Assembly (NCBI GenBank): GCA_041738395.1
Contig: JBGSPW010000025.1
Span: 4,100 to 68,099 of the forward strand
Length of the DNA: 64,000 nucleotides
Origin: Thermoflexales bacterium
GTDB taxonomy: Bacteria; Chloroflexota; Anaerolineae; Fen-1058
Reading direction: 5' to 3'
Part shown: positions 63,995-64,000 of the stretch, one piece after another
Layout: the number at the start of each line of letters is the position of its first letter
Numbering within the stretch: the first letter of the stretch is position 1
Made by a program: the position numbers and the translations under genes
Notes under the pieces: generated by a model
The model's input: only the letters and a program-made list of their open reading frames with translations
The model's database searches: none
What the model was told of the DNA's origin: nothing

Positions 63995-64000
63995 CTCTTT

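Noticed and set aside
28124-64000. Interpreting the minus-strand block as a prophage
   Set aside because: I recognised no capsid, portal, terminase, tail or lysis genes in 36 kb. The content (ssb, parB-like, orphan MTases, radC, acidic protein) fits a plasmid/ICE leading region better. This cannot be fully excluded because the element continues past the window.
1-64000. CRISPR arrays, tRNA or rRNA genes (for example as integration targets)
   Set aside because: No regularly spaced short repeats and no cloverleaf-like or rRNA-like conserved stretches were noticed. The only repeat families are those described above, which are irregularly spaced.

Overview
GC-rich bacterial window with two contrasting halves.

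(1) 1-28.1 kb, mainly plus strand. This is a DISARM class-1-like defence locus with three core genes: a fused DrmA/DrmB-type helicase-DUF1998 protein with a DUF559-like nuclease tail, an SNF2 DrmD-like helicase, and a 1344-aa N6-adenine DrmMI-like methyltransferase. The locus has been invaded several times:
- Two paralogous DUF6516/TumE-like two-gene modules bracket the SNF2 gene.
- An 11-kb insertion is delimited by a 73-bp duplicate of the methyltransferase 5' end. It carries two paralogous P-loop STAND-NTPase/TPR genes plus a 1463-aa TPR protein with a possible PIN-like C-terminal half. This module is my best candidate for an undescribed system.
- The methyltransferase 3' end occurs in three direct copies. 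These separate a PQQ-type beta-propeller gene, an NB-ARC/TPR gene and the start of a large mobile element.

(2) 28.1-64 kb, essentially all minus strand. About 40 tightly packed genes resemble a plasmid/ICE leading region. They include SSB, a ParB-like protein, an excisionase-type HTH, RadC, SWIM proteins, a MoxR-vWA pair, a GHKL ATPase, two orphan N6-adenine methyltransferases and a very acidic Zn-ribbon protein.
- One methyltransferase-helicase gene is split inside its Walker A codons by an ORF-less group II intron with a textbook domain V.
- Four copies of a structured intergenic element with covarying hairpins sit upstream of gene blocks.
- An over-represented ACACCATG motif and an iteron/palindrome cluster are also present.

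No rRNA, tRNA or CRISPR array was seen. All functional calls come from motif recognition by eye, with no database or HMM search. Coordinates read off the sequence, rather than taken from the ORF track, may be off by 1-2 nt.
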